A stretch of DNA of 64,000 bases from an uncultured archaeon. Its GTDB lineage: Archaea; Asgardarchaeota; Lokiarchaeia; Sigyniarchaeales; SOKP01. Both the position numbers and the translations under genes were made by a program. The notes beneath the pieces were generated by a model, which ran no database searches, was not told where the DNA came from, and worked only from the letters and a program-made list of their open reading frames with translations. The stretch is from NCBI GenBank assembly GCA_964486045.1, contig CAZALK010000015.1, positions 1 through 64,000 on the forward strand, given 5' to 3'. Position 1 is the stretch's first letter; each line of letters starts with the position of its first letter. This document shows positions 20,905 to 31,421 of the stretch, one piece after another.

Positions 20905-21885
20905 ATAGGAACTTCAGATAAAGCGAAATATTATGAAAAAGAAGAGATTGACGTGACTCCAATTCGTGAAATAGCTCAAGAAGTACTTAGCGAAGTAAGT
21001 CGGGTTATCGTCGGATACGGTGATATACTCCAGCAACTCTTTATAGCTCTCCTTGTAAATGGTCATGTACTTCTCGAAGGAGTCCCGGGATTAGGTAAAA
21101 CTGTAATGGCAAAAACATTCGCAAGGACACTTGGGATTTCATTCAAGCGCGTTCAATTTACCCCAGATTTACTCCCAGCAGACATAACTGGAACAAAGAT
21201 CTTCGATCAAAATGAAGGGGCTTTTGTTTTAATGAAAGGGCCGATTTTTGCTAATGTAGTTCTTGCTGATGAAATAAATAGAAGTGCTCCTAAGACACAA
21301 GCTGCTTTGCTAGAAGCTATGGGCGAAAGACAAGTAACCATCGAAGGCCAAACCTTAGCCTTAGAAAAACCATTTATCGTAATAGCTACAGAGAATCCAG
21401 TTGAAATGGAAGGAACATATCCATTACCCGAAGCTCAAGTTGACAGATTCTTATTCAAACTCTGGCTTGATTACCCCGAAGATCACGAAGAAGTTGAAAT
21501 CATGAGAAGACAGTTATCAGGCGAAATTCCGTCAGTTGAGGCAATAACTTCTGGAGAAGAACTTCTTGCCGCTCAAAAAATCATGAATTTGGTGTACATC
21601 GATGATCGCATTCTAAAATACATTAGGGATCTGATAATAAAGACTCGTAACCATCCACAGATCGCATTGGGTTGTGGACCTAGAGCAAGCTTGACTTTGA
21701 TGAAATGTTCTAAAGCAAGGGCTAGTATACTTGGCCGTAGTTATGTTACTCCTGATGACGTTCGAGCTTTAATCGTTCCAGCACTCAATCATAGACTTAT
21801 GCTAAAACCAGAAGCAGAATTAGAAGGACTTGACACAAAATCTGTTTTAAAAAATATAATTGAGGAAATTCCAGTTCCAATCTAA
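20905..21885 (+). CDS. moxR: MoxR-family AAA+ ATPase (probable ATA start at 20905)
   Basis: GHVLLEGVPGLGKT, RVQFTPDLLPADITG, LADEINR, EGTYPLPEAQVDRF. Confidence 0.95.
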   Translation: MGTSDKAKYYEKEEIDVTPIREIAQEVLSEVSRVIVGYGDILQQLFIALLVNGHVLLEGVPGLGKTVMAKTFARTLGISFKRVQFTPDLLPADITGTKIFDQNEGAFVLMKGPIFANVVLADEINRSAPKTQAALLEAMGERQVTIEGQTLALEKPFIVIATENPVEMEGTYPLPEAQVDRFLFKLWLDYPEDHEEVEIMRRQLSGEIPSVEAITSGEELLAAQKIMNLVYIDDRILKYIRDLIIKTRNHPQIALGCGPRASLTLMKCSKARASILGRSYVTPDDVRALIVPALNHRLMLKPEAELEGLDTKSVLKNIIEEIPVPI

Positions 21886-21968
21886 TAATCACCAATTTTT
21901 TTTAGTATTGGTGAAGGTTCAATTCATTAAAACAAAAAATAAAGTTATGGGTATTAAGGTGTAAAAGT

Positions 21969-23297
21969 ATTCTAGGTGGAAAAGGTAGAAGTTTAATTTT
22001 ATTTGCTGTCTTCTTTCTAACAGCTGGATTTGCATTTGAAAATTATTTTCTTCTGTACTTTGCAATTTTATTGCTTTTTAGTACCATTATTAGTTTACCT
22101 ATTTTCTACTATAAAATGAATGTAGACGAATTACGAGTACATAGAGAATTAGAGAAGGAAAAAGTATTTAAAGATGATTTTGTTCATATTAAAGTGATTA
22201 TCGAAAATTTGGGAAAAAATGGTTTTGAATTTCTTGAAATAAGAGATAATTATAATCCTCAGCTTTTTAGGCTAATTTTAGGGGAAAATTATATTTCTAC
22301 TCGCATTGGTCCAAAAAAGATTATAAAATTTTCCTACGTTTTAGAACCAAAAGTTAGGGGTGAATATGCCCTTGGTCCTTTATCAATTATTGTGAAGGAT
22401 AGATTAGGTTTTAATTCTATAGAAAGAATAGTACCAGATAGTGTTACTGACCTATTAGTTTATCCACCCTATGAAGATATTAAAAGAATTGAGATCTTGG
22501 GATCAAAAAGATCTCTGCAGTTAAATTATGGCTTACAAAGATCAAAGCAAAAAGGATTAGGATCAGAATTTTATGGGATGAGAAAGTATGTTTTTGGAGA
22601 CCAATTCCGATTGATTGACTGGAAAGCAAGCGCGCGATTTCAGAAATTAATTGTGAAAGAATTTGAATCTGAACGAGACGTTACTGTTATGATTATAGTA
22701 GATTCCTCGGAGACAATGGCAGGTGGGGCAATTGAAAATACTAAATTTGAATATGCAATTAGAGCATGTATGCTTTTAACTAAAGTTGCCTTGACAAGGA
22801 GAGATAATGTTGGTGTATTCACATATTCCGATAAGAAGAACTTTAAATTCTTGAAACCTAACGGTGGGGAGGAACATTTTTATCAAGTTTTAGATTTTGT
22901 AGCAAGAGTAAAACCAGAAGGAAAATGTAGAATTACTGAAGCAATGGATTTTTTTACCCGAAGATACCAAAAGCGTAGCCTAGTTTTTATTATATCGGAT
23001 TTAGAATCTAATCCTAAAGTAGTTAGTAATGCAATTAAAAAATTGGTACCTTTCAATCATTCTATAATTATAATCAATCCGTTTAGCCCTTGGTTCGAAA
23101 TTCATGAAATAGACTTATCTTCAACTGATAAAGCCTTAGCAGAAGCTATAAGTGAAGCAATGATGGAGCATATTTTGACAATTAAGCAAGGAGTTCGTAA
23201 TCTTGGTATAAACCTTATAACTTGTGGACCTGATGATATCATGAACCAAGTGTTAAGCAACTATATGGAAGCAAAGAAGAAGGGGAGGGCGTATTAG
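21969..23297 (+). CDS. DUF58 (VWA-like) protein (probable ATT start at 21969)
   Basis: GSEFYGMRKYVFGD..IDWKASAR..VKEFE..VDSSETM..ISD. The in-frame N-terminal TM hairpin (GKGRSLILFAVFFLTAGF) lies upstream of the track start. Confidence 0.9.
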   Translation: MLGGKGRSLILFAVFFLTAGFAFENYFLLYFAILLLFSTIISLPIFYYKMNVDELRVHRELEKEKVFKDDFVHIKVIIENLGKNGFEFLEIRDNYNPQLFRLILGENYISTRIGPKKIIKFSYVLEPKVRGEYALGPLSIIVKDRLGFNSIERIVPDSVTDLLVYPPYEDIKRIEILGSKRSLQLNYGLQRSKQKGLGSEFYGMRKYVFGDQFRLIDWKASARFQKLIVKEFESERDVTVMIIVDSSETMAGGAIENTKFEYAIRACMLLTKVALTRRDNVGVFTYSDKKNFKFLKPNGGEEHFYQVLDFVARVKPEGKCRITEAMDFFTRRYQKRSLVFIISDLESNPKVVSNAIKKLVPFNHSIIIINPFSPWFEIHEIDLSSTDKALAEAISEAMMEHILTIKQGVRNLGINLITCGPDDIMNQVLSNYMEAKKKGRAY

Positions 23298-23300
23298 AAA

Positions 23301-24776
23301 ATGGTACGTAAATATTATTTAACATTAAAAATTATAAACATAGCCGTTTTCGCTTGGCTGTTATTAATTTTTCTTTTATCAATTTTTAATTTTGATGATG
23401 TAGTTACTACAGCAGACAATTCTCTCGTTATTCTTGCTTTTTTTGGTGCAATAAGGAATATTTTTTCATATATTATTTATTTCGGTGGTTTAGCTATTGG
23501 ATATATTTGTGCTTTTATTAACCCAGCTTTAACTCAGTTTGTTTTAACATTCTTTAAAAAATTTTTACTATCGTGGTTACCGTTTGATGCGAATCATGTT
23601 AATCAATTTTTAGGCACTAATCCCATTAATGATTTACACGAATTAGACTTCAATCATTTTCTCCCATTATTAATGGGGGAGGGTGAAAAACTCTTTAATG
23701 ATTTATATCTTTTCGTGTTTCAAATTCTATTTGTTATTTCAATTATTTATGCAATTAGAGCTTTCTTTAAAAGTGACCCCAAAAACCATCTTATTTCTCT
23801 TGGATCGATAATCATGATGATTGTACTCCCGTTGATGGTTTTTGGTTTGAGAGATATGTTAAGTTTATTTAATGTTCAATTTGATTATTTGAATCAAATG
23901 GTGGATCCGTTAAGTTCGAGTTTATTCGTAATTCCCTTGGATGATTTCTTTCAGTTTGTAGCAAGTCCAGCTATCGGCTTTGCTATTATAGCTTATATAT
24001 ATCTGGAATTAGCATTTCAAATTAATTATACAGACACTGTCACAAAACCATCATTAGAAAGAACTGACAGGTTAGAAGCTCAGTTAAGTGTTTTAGCAAG
24101 AGAATCTCATTTCATCACTGCTAATGTTGATAAAATCCGAGAAGAAGCTAAAAAGAGAATGGAAGAAATTGAATTAGAGCAGAAAGAAGGATTAGCAATA
24201 GGAAAGTTTTTTGCTAAAACTGGGAAACGGTTCTCATACGTAAAGGAGATGATTGAAAAAAGAAAGCTTGAAGAAGAGGAGAAAAAATTAGTTACTGCAG
24301 CTTCTAAAACCAGAAGACTTGGAAGATACATAAATCGTCTTTTTAAAGAAGATAGTGAAGCAAGAGACACATTAACTGCGAGCTCCTCAGCACCACGGGC
24401 GGGAAATTTAGCAGTATCAACAGTAGTGAATTTCACTTATCGCGTAGGTATACTCTTAGTTGTAAGTTTCATTATCATTCATCCTCATTGGTTTTTAGAT
24501 ACAATTATTCAATTACCTGATGCCATTACAGAGAGTGTTGCAATGTATTCCCCCGAAGTAATAATTATCTTGCTTCTTCCCATAATGCTAATATTTCCTG
24601 TCATTTCCCAATTAATATCGTTTGTAAAACATAGGAACTTAATAGTAAAATTACAACAAGAAGGGAGAATTAAGGAACTCCTTGCATCTGTTGGGGATTA
24701 TGTAAAAAAAGAAGATCAAACACCTGAGGAAAAAGAACAAGAAGGACCTGAAGTAGTGGCAACTGAAGCAACATAA
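23301..24776 (+). CDS. Multi-pass membrane protein with a cytoplasmic coiled coil
   Basis: Several hydrophobic helices flanking a charged helical loop; last gene of the MoxR operon. Confidence 0.8.
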   Translation: MVRKYYLTLKIINIAVFAWLLLIFLLSIFNFDDVVTTADNSLVILAFFGAIRNIFSYIIYFGGLAIGYICAFINPALTQFVLTFFKKFLLSWLPFDANHVNQFLGTNPINDLHELDFNHFLPLLMGEGEKLFNDLYLFVFQILFVISIIYAIRAFFKSDPKNHLISLGSIIMMIVLPLMVFGLRDMLSLFNVQFDYLNQMVDPLSSSLFVIPLDDFFQFVASPAIGFAIIAYIYLELAFQINYTDTVTKPSLERTDRLEAQLSVLARESHFITANVDKIREEAKKRMEEIELEQKEGLAIGKFFAKTGKRFSYVKEMIEKRKLEEEEKKLVTAASKTRRLGRYINRLFKEDSEARDTLTASSSAPRAGNLAVSTVVNFTYRVGILLVVSFIIIHPHWFLDTIIQLPDAITESVAMYSPEVIIILLLPIMLIFPVISQLISFVKHRNLIVKLQQEGRIKELLASVGDYVKKEDQTPEEKEQEGPEVVATEAT

Positions 24777-24790
24777 TTCTCATTTGTTTA

Positions 24791-25735
24791 TCAATAATTC
24801 AACGTTACTAAAAATTTGGCCAATTCTCGCTTTTTATTTAAATTTGTCATTAAGGTGTCAAAACAATAGGCTTTAATGCCTAGATTTTCAATTCTAGGTT
24901 TCAACTTACAATCGATTTCATCAATAATAAAATGACCCAAGAAATCTTTATAATAATTAGCAACTCCTACACTTGACACTTCTAAACCAATACATTTCAT
25001 TAATTTATCAGCCGGGCCCTTAACTGTTTCACCATTTATAATTGGGCTTATCCCATATATTTTATCTTTAACTTTCATGAGAGATTTTTTGATATCCTTC
25101 ACCTGAAGTATAGTACCTATTGAAACTATTGGGTTTGACGGACAAATTATAATCCTTTTTGCTTTTTCAATATATTTTATTGTCTCTGTAAGAGGTACCG
25201 CTTCTTCAATTCCTTTAAATTCAACATCCATAACTTCTGGTTCACATTGATATTTGATGAGATATTCCTCGAAGTGCATTGCCCCCGTTGGAGTTTTTAT
25301 ATATGTTGCCACTGGTTCGTTACACATAGGAATAAGAGTGGATTTTACACCCAAACTTTTACAAATCTTTTCTGTTATTTGGGTTTTAGTATATCCTTGG
25401 TTAAATAAGTTTGTACGATAAATATGAGTGGCTAAATCCTTATCACCTAAATTAAACCATCCTTTGTCATAAAATTTTTTTAAAACATTTAAACAATTAA
25501 AAGTTTCATTATCAAAACCCCATCCTTTATCTTTATCAACCACACCCGCAAGAGTATATGTTATTATGTCTAAATCGGGGCAAATCTTAAGTCCAAACAG
25601 ATCAATATCATCACCAGTGTTTACAATTATTTTAAGTAGTTCTGGATCTACTACATTGGCCAACCCTTCAATCAATTTAGCAGCCCCCACGCCTCCGGCT
25701 AATACTAGATAATAATTTTCATCCATAATATTCAC
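24791..25735 (-). CDS. cofD: 2-phospho-L-lactate/EPPG:FO transferase (CofD/FbiA)
   Basis: GGVGAAK, NTGDD, ICPDLD, WFNLGDKDLATH, HFEEY, PSNPIVSIG, VKGPA. Confidence 0.95.
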   Translation of the reverse strand: MNIMDENYYLVLAGGVGAAKLIEGLANVVDPELLKIIVNTGDDIDLFGLKICPDLDIITYTLAGVVDKDKGWGFDNETFNCLNVLKKFYDKGWFNLGDKDLATHIYRTNLFNQGYTKTQITEKICKSLGVKSTLIPMCNEPVATYIKTPTGAMHFEEYLIKYQCEPEVMDVEFKGIEEAVPLTETIKYIEKAKRIIICPSNPIVSIGTILQVKDIKKSLMKVKDKIYGISPIINGETVKGPADKLMKCIGLEVSSVGVANYYKDFLGHFIIDEIDCKLKPRIENLGIKAYCFDTLMTNLNKKRELAKFLVTLNY

Positions 25736-25740
25736 TACAT

Positions 25741-27153
25741 TTAAATTTTTAACTCATAAATAACATCTTGGAGTTTTTTGCGAGGTGGGGGATTCACTAT
25801 TTTTAATGGGTATCCCACAGTAAAAAACGCCATCGGCACATAGGATTCAGGGAGTTTCAGAATTTTTTTTATTATTTTCTTTGCAAAAATTGGAGCACAA
25901 TACCAACAAGCTGCTAACTTCTTAATTTCAAAAGCAAGGAGTAAATATATAGCTGAATTACTTATACTTTGAATACCTAAGATGAACTCATTTTGTTGTC
26001 TTTCATTATCGGGATATTTTTCTAATTCTCTTGTATCTAAACAAAGTAAAATCAAAATAGGTGACATAATGAAATTATTTCTAGTTTTCTTAATTTTACT
26101 TTTGATGAATTCATCAGTTTTTCCATCATTTTTTAAATCATTTCTTAATTTTTGGTTCATATCATTAATCAGTTTTTCACGTAGCTGTCGGTTCTCTAAA
26201 ATAATGTACCTCCAGAATTGTCCATTATGAGCACTAGGTGCCCATCTTGCAATTTCAATGCATTCCTCAACAAGTTTCTTATCCACTTTCTTATCATCAA
26301 AAGCAACTTTGTAACTTCTACGACTCTTCAGAACTTCACTTGTCAATCTGTTTTCTGATTCTCTAAATAAATCTATACTTCTGTCTCTTAATATCGAATT
26401 GATTGTACTCTTCTCATTATATTCAAAATCATAACCTCTTATTAAGACTATAGGAACTCCTTCGTTTGATTCTCCCATCACTAATTGAGCAGCAGAAGCA
26501 AGGCTATCTGATTGGCCAACAATCGTAGATTGAAGCGTATAACCAAACAAATCTTTTTTACCTCGAATATCTAGGATAGGTTCTATTCCTGAAACTCCAA
26601 TTGACACACCTACAGCACCTACTCTAAATGGCCTCCCAAATGAATCTGTAATTATTACTGCAATTTCTTTTTGGGTTTTATTCATTAAAGATATTCGAAT
26701 TTTTTCAGCTTGATAATCTGGATCTTCGGGTAATAGAGTAACAATTCTCTTACCTTCAATATTAGATTTATCTATTCCAGCATCTGCACAAATAAATCCA
26801 TGTTTTGTTTCAGTGATTAATACGTGCTCAGTTTTTATAATTTTTTTAGCCTCATCTAATATTAACTGAATTAGTTGAGGATCTTTTTTAGGTAAACCTT
26901 GTCTTTCCCCTTTATTGAAAGTTTTATTAAATATTTCATATGCTTTTTCACTTGGCTTGATCTTGTCTAAATCTTTGATTTGACCCATACTTTTTGATAC
27001 TATAGATTGTGCTACAATAATTATATCTTTGTCTTGTAACGATAAATCATCATTTTTTAAAGATTCGAGAATTATATCAGGGATAATGTCACCCTTTTTA
27101 ACAATTGGAATATATTTAAGCCCGATAATTTCAATTCCATTTTTACCATTCAT
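25741..27153 (-). CDS. cofE: F420-0:L-glutamate ligase fused to a nitroreductase domain (FbiB-type)
   Basis: CofE motifs IVSK, AGIDKSN, DSFGRPFR, GESNEGVP; C-terminal RRSY..APSAHNGQFW..ACW..VGYP. Confidence 0.93.
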   Translation of the reverse strand: MNGKNGIEIIGLKYIPIVKKGDIIPDIILESLKNDDLSLQDKDIIIVAQSIVSKSMGQIKDLDKIKPSEKAYEIFNKTFNKGERQGLPKKDPQLIQLILDEAKKIIKTEHVLITETKHGFICADAGIDKSNIEGKRIVTLLPEDPDYQAEKIRISLMNKTQKEIAVIITDSFGRPFRVGAVGVSIGVSGIEPILDIRGKKDLFGYTLQSTIVGQSDSLASAAQLVMGESNEGVPIVLIRGYDFEYNEKSTINSILRDRSIDLFRESENRLTSEVLKSRRSYKVAFDDKKVDKKLVEECIEIARWAPSAHNGQFWRYIILENRQLREKLINDMNQKLRNDLKNDGKTDEFIKSKIKKTRNNFIMSPILILLCLDTRELEKYPDNERQQNEFILGIQSISNSAIYLLLAFEIKKLAACWYCAPIFAKKIIKKILKLPESYVPMAFFTVGYPLKIVNPPPRKKLQDVIYELKI

Positions 27154-27165
27154 GATAAGTCAATT

Positions 27166-28221
27166 TTAGATATTAACATATCTTTTTATATCAGATTTCT
27201 TACTTTCAGAATGTATCTCAAATTTTTCAGGAATGGCGCAACAAGCAGAAAAAAATTTGAATTGAATATCAGAATTCTGCTCCTTTAACCATTTAATTGT
27301 GTCTTTAGAAGGAATTTCAATCCGTGTTATACCTGCTTTTAGTGCGTATTTTTCAACTTCTAATTTAATATTACCACGAGGTCTCATACAGCCTAATGAT
27401 ATTTCTGTTTTGGGAAATATAAACCTTATCAAGGCTATGACTTTTGCTATAATTTCTGGTTGTGGTGTATCAAATTTTATTTTAGAATTTTTTGGTGGAG
27501 TTAACGCAATTATTACGATTAACGAAGGATCTACTAAAGTTTCCTTTATGAATTTTATAGATTCTAATTCTTTATGGAGTTTTCCATAATATAAGCCAAC
27601 ACAAACGTGAGGGACTATACTTAAATTATATTTTTGTAATAACTCAATCGCTCTTTTATATTCATCCAATTCAACATCTAAATGATAAATGTTTCTTATA
27701 ACATCTTCATCCATATTAATGTCAAAAGAGACGATATCCACATTAGCCTCAGTGAGTTTTCTAGCGGTTTCTTCTTTCAACAGCCCAGTATGTGTATTAA
27801 TTATCAAATTTGTTTCCTTTTTTACTTTTTTAATGGTATCTAAGTAATCTAATAAAGGTACTGATCCATCTAAATCACTTCCACCGGAAATTAAAGCACC
27901 TATTCCATTCTTGTCATAAAGATCCATTAAAAATTGTTCTAAATCATTATTATCTGATATTTGTTTCATACCTTTCAAATATTTTTTATTGCAATGTTCA
28001 CAATTTAAGGCACATTCACTCCCAGTTATGCTAATAGCGGGAAATTTCATAGAGGGATTATATATCTTTAGAATTTTCCCAAAATTTCTCTTTGTAATAC
28101 TTTTAGCTAGTTTAAAGAATGGGTCTAGAAATTGAGATTCCAGATTTAAAAATTCCGAATAATCAACCCAAGAGGCATTTCCGTATGCTATTTTATTCAA
28201 TAGATCCTCAATCTTACTCAT
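27166..28221 (-). CDS. lipS1: Radical SAM lipoyl synthase subunit LipS1-like
   Basis: CALNCEHC plus GCMR and CC motifs; adjacent to a lipoate ligase. Confidence 0.8.
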   Translation of the reverse strand: MSKIEDLLNKIAYGNASWVDYSEFLNLESQFLDPFFKLAKSITKRNFGKILKIYNPSMKFPAISITGSECALNCEHCNKKYLKGMKQISDNNDLEQFLMDLYDKNGIGALISGGSDLDGSVPLLDYLDTIKKVKKETNLIINTHTGLLKEETARKLTEANVDIVSFDINMDEDVIRNIYHLDVELDEYKRAIELLQKYNLSIVPHVCVGLYYGKLHKELESIKFIKETLVDPSLIVIIALTPPKNSKIKFDTPQPEIIAKVIALIRFIFPKTEISLGCMRPRGNIKLEVEKYALKAGITRIEIPSKDTIKWLKEQNSDIQFKFFSACCAIPEKFEIHSESKKSDIKRYVNI

Positions 28222-28993
28222 ATTTGTTTAACCATTTTTTATTTGAATATTTATCCTTAACTAACGTCTCTGCTAAGATATTTTCTTCAATTGTAAAAGA
28301 ATTCTTTTCTAATTCAATTCCTAAAGACTCTTGAAAACCTCTTTCTAATGAATTTACTAATTTTTGCTCATCATAATTTTTAATGTAATTTTTAATCCCA
28401 ATGCATTTAGCCCTTACAGATCTTACCATACGTGATTTCCCAACATTTTCAGGTGCCTTTAATACTGAATACATCAATTCTGGATTAATATCTAACAGAA
28501 TAGTTCCATGTTGAAGAATAAAACCTTTCCTTCGCAGCTGAGCATTTCCAGAAAACTTTTTTCCATCTAGCAATATAGCAGGACAATGGATAATATCTTT
28601 TTCAGGTTTCAATCCATTATTAGTAAGACCAAGAATTATTCCTTGGGTAATAATCTCAAATTGGTCAATTACTTTTTTAGCACCCAACACTTCTAAAGTC
28701 TTTATTGGGCACACAATCGAATATGTTATTTCTCGTGTCTCGTCGTGAAAAACAGCACCCCCCCCAGTTATCCGCCGAACGACATTAAAACCTCTCTTTT
28801 TAGCAAATTCAATATCTATCTCATTATGTAAACTTTGGTTTCGTCCGATACTAGCAGTCGAAGGTTTCCATTTATAAAACCTTAAAGTATTAGGTACTTT
28901 TTTTTTGATCGCTTTGCGTAATATAGCTTCATCTAAAGCCATATTCCAAAAGCCATTTCTTACTTCCAGAGGTAAACTCCGCCATACATCCAT
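28214..28993 (-). CDS. lplA: Lipoate/octanoate-protein ligase catalytic domain
   Basis: NMALDEA, RRITGGGAVFHD, KKFSGNAQ, LQHGTIL. Confidence 0.92.
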   Translation of the reverse strand: MDVWRSLPLEVRNGFWNMALDEAILRKAIKKKVPNTLRFYKWKPSTASIGRNQSLHNEIDIEFAKKRGFNVVRRITGGGAVFHDETREITYSIVCPIKTLEVLGAKKVIDQFEIITQGIILGLTNNGLKPEKDIIHCPAILLDGKKFSGNAQLRRKGFILQHGTILLDINPELMYSVLKAPENVGKSRMVRSVRAKCIGIKNYIKNYDEQKLVNSLERGFQESLGIELEKNSFTIEENILAETLVKDKYSNKKWLNKYE

Positions 28994-29010
28994 ATTTACT
29001 CAAAGAATTC

Positions 29011-30012
29011 TTAATTTACAAAATTTTGTAATATATTATAGATTTCCATATTTTCATTTTCTTTTACCTTTCTAGGATAATTATAAATAGGGCCTGATGG
29101 TTTTGAAGTGTAATAAGGACGGTTGCATCCTGGGCACCCTGAAGTTAAAAAAGCTTCTGTGTTGTTGATAATGTCTTTTAATGCTTTTTTACTAATATTA
29201 ATACGTATAATATCTCCTTTTGAGTTAAAAGTAAAATTTTTTTGACTTTTTTGTTTATTAACTATAAGAAATCTTCCTAATTGTAATTTTCTAAAGGTTA
29301 GAAGGGACGGTTTACTCCTATTTTCAAACTTTGTCCCTTTAATTGGTGTGAATGCAAAAAGTGATATCAGAATTTTTAAATTATGGAGTTCTTCGATGCG
29401 TGTTATCACTTCTTTTTCCTTCTCTCCTAATCCAATTATTAGGTGTGTACTCACAAATCCTTCTGAAAAAATTTCTGAAGCTTCAATTAACTTTTGAAAG
29501 TGTTGGTCCCAATTATATGGACCGTTTATCTCATCACCCTTGATTCTATTAAAGATTTCTGGAGTTGTAGCATCTAAAGCGATTCCAACCCTTTGAACAC
29601 CCGCAAGTTTTAATTCTCTTAGTCTTTCTTTTGACATTGGAGGTATTGCAATTGAAATAGGAATTTCGGTATTTTTCCTAATCTGATTAATAATTCCCAT
29701 CAAATCTTGGAAATTTTCGGGGTAATTAAGAGTCTGAATACATATTCTTTTAAATTGTTTTGATGATTGTAAATATTTTAACTTGGTTAAAAAATTTTTA
29801 AATGGAAATATTGGCCAGGTGACTCGAGAAAGCATTTCCTCTGAGCTTTTTGACGACCGTGCTTGGGGACAAAACCCACAATTTGCTGTACAGTGTCCAT
29901 CCTTATAAGTCATAACATAGCAAGTAGAAGGAGGATCTTTGAATTTAACTTTTGTTCCTAATCCTAAAACTGAAGCACTTCCGATCGATACCCTTATTTT
30001 TTCAACATTCAC
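29011..30012 (-). CDS. lipS2: Radical SAM lipoyl synthase subunit LipS2-like
   Basis: CTANCGFC plus TSGCPGCNRP motif. Confidence 0.82.
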   Translation of the reverse strand: MNVEKIRVSIGSASVLGLGTKVKFKDPPSTCYVMTYKDGHCTANCGFCPQARSSKSSEEMLSRVTWPIFPFKNFLTKLKYLQSSKQFKRICIQTLNYPENFQDLMGIINQIRKNTEIPISIAIPPMSKERLRELKLAGVQRVGIALDATTPEIFNRIKGDEINGPYNWDQHFQKLIEASEIFSEGFVSTHLIIGLGEKEKEVITRIEELHNLKILISLFAFTPIKGTKFENRSKPSLLTFRKLQLGRFLIVNKQKSQKNFTFNSKGDIIRINISKKALKDIINNTEAFLTSGCPGCNRPYYTSKPSGPIYNYPRKVKENENMEIYNILQNFVN

Positions 30013-30366
30013 AATTCTCCCTAGTCAAGAAGCTAAATTAAGTTTTATTCCTTCGAATTATTATTTTTTTGGTCATTATAATTTTTATTGTTTTAAGAAA
30101 TCTCAGAATTTCAAGAATAAACTAAGCGAATAATTAAAGCAAATTGCACTTGAACCGAATTAAAATTATTTATGAAGCGTCCAAGTACTTCAAGTTGCTT
30201 GTCAAATAAATTTTTTCCCTGATTTAAGTTTAGGACGGTTTAGATAGATTTATAATATTAAATCTTGTCATTAAAATAATACAAGTTTAAGATGAATGCT
30301 GTAAAAAAAGAAAAATATTTTATTTGCATAATGGGCATATATAATATTTTGGAGTACTATGGAGTA

Positions 30367-30492
30367 TTATGGTCCGCCACCACTACCATGATAACCTAAT
30401 ACGATGCTAATCATGGGTAAAAATGAAGCAATGCCAACTAATACAAACAAAAGAACCTTATATAATTTAATTAATTTCATACTACTAACCAT
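30367..30492 (-). CDS. Small signal-peptide-like ORF (41 aa), or remnant of a secreted-protein gene
   Basis: MVSSMKLIKLYKVLLFVLVGIASFLPMISIVLGYHGSGGGP*; below the ORF-track length cutoff. Confidence 0.4.
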   Translation of the reverse strand: MVSSMKLIKLYKVLLFVLVGIASFLPMISIVLGYHGSGGGP

Positions 30493-31012
30493 GTTATTAA
30501 ATGAAATATTCTTCCAGTGCTTATTCTGGTGTTATTATTTCTATATTATCCTATTTAAACAGAAAGGATTTTCTCTGCATCTAAAGTCAGGTAAAAATAA
30601 TTTTAAAGTCCATATGTAGATTTCTACTAAAGAGATTAGGTTTAGCTTTAAAAATTTTTATGTTTTTTAAAAATACTTTTCTTTATAGCTCTTAAAAAAG
30701 TGTTTCAATCAAATTTAAAGAAAAAAATATATAGCAATTTTCAAAAATTATAGTATTACATTAATTCTCCAAAGTTTTTTTTTGTTATGATTTATAAAAT
30801 TAATCTATTACTTCTCCGTCAATTTATTTATCTTTCTATTTTTCAGGAGCCGAATGATTTAATAGCTTCTTTCATGAATTTTAGTATTATTGGGGAAGGA
30901 TTTTGGAAAGTTTGTAGTTAATTCGCAAAATAAAGGTAGTTTAAGTTCCTATGAAAAAGTTTAAAAGGTAAATTGCTTCATATTAGATTCAAGATAAAAA
31001 TTATGTATTAAA

Positions 31013-31219
31013 TTGATAAATGTGGTTAACTCCCCTAATTTAGATATCTTAAAAAAATTATCTCTTAATAATGATTCAAGTACAATAAATCAAATTTTTT
31101 CTAATCTAATTAACGAGTTAAAAGCCTATTTAAAATTAGACGCATTAAATAACAAGATAAAAATCCATGTTGTAAATGAAATACTTAATAATAGAGTGAT
31201 ACAACCCCTTCTTTTTTAG
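31013..31219 (+). pseudogene. Probable N-terminal remnant of a larger protein
   Basis: 68-aa coding-like helical ORF ending abruptly in an AT-rich debris region. Confidence 0.35.
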
Positions 31220-31421
31220 AATACCTTTTTAAGGATCTTGATTAACTTTTCATACTGTTTCTCATAAGTTCTCTTTTCTATTCATGTATAGTGCAAAAAT
31301 TTTAAAGAATTGAGTAATTTTAAAGTTTATATTATTTATGAGTCTTAAAAAAGTAAAAGTTGAATGAATTATCTAATAACTTAGAACGAAATAAGCATGA
31401 TAATTTTATGGTAAGGCGATA

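Noticed and set aside
30404-30619. 71-aa plus-strand ORF
   Set aside because: No recognisable features; overlaps the more plausible minus-strand signal-peptide ORF.
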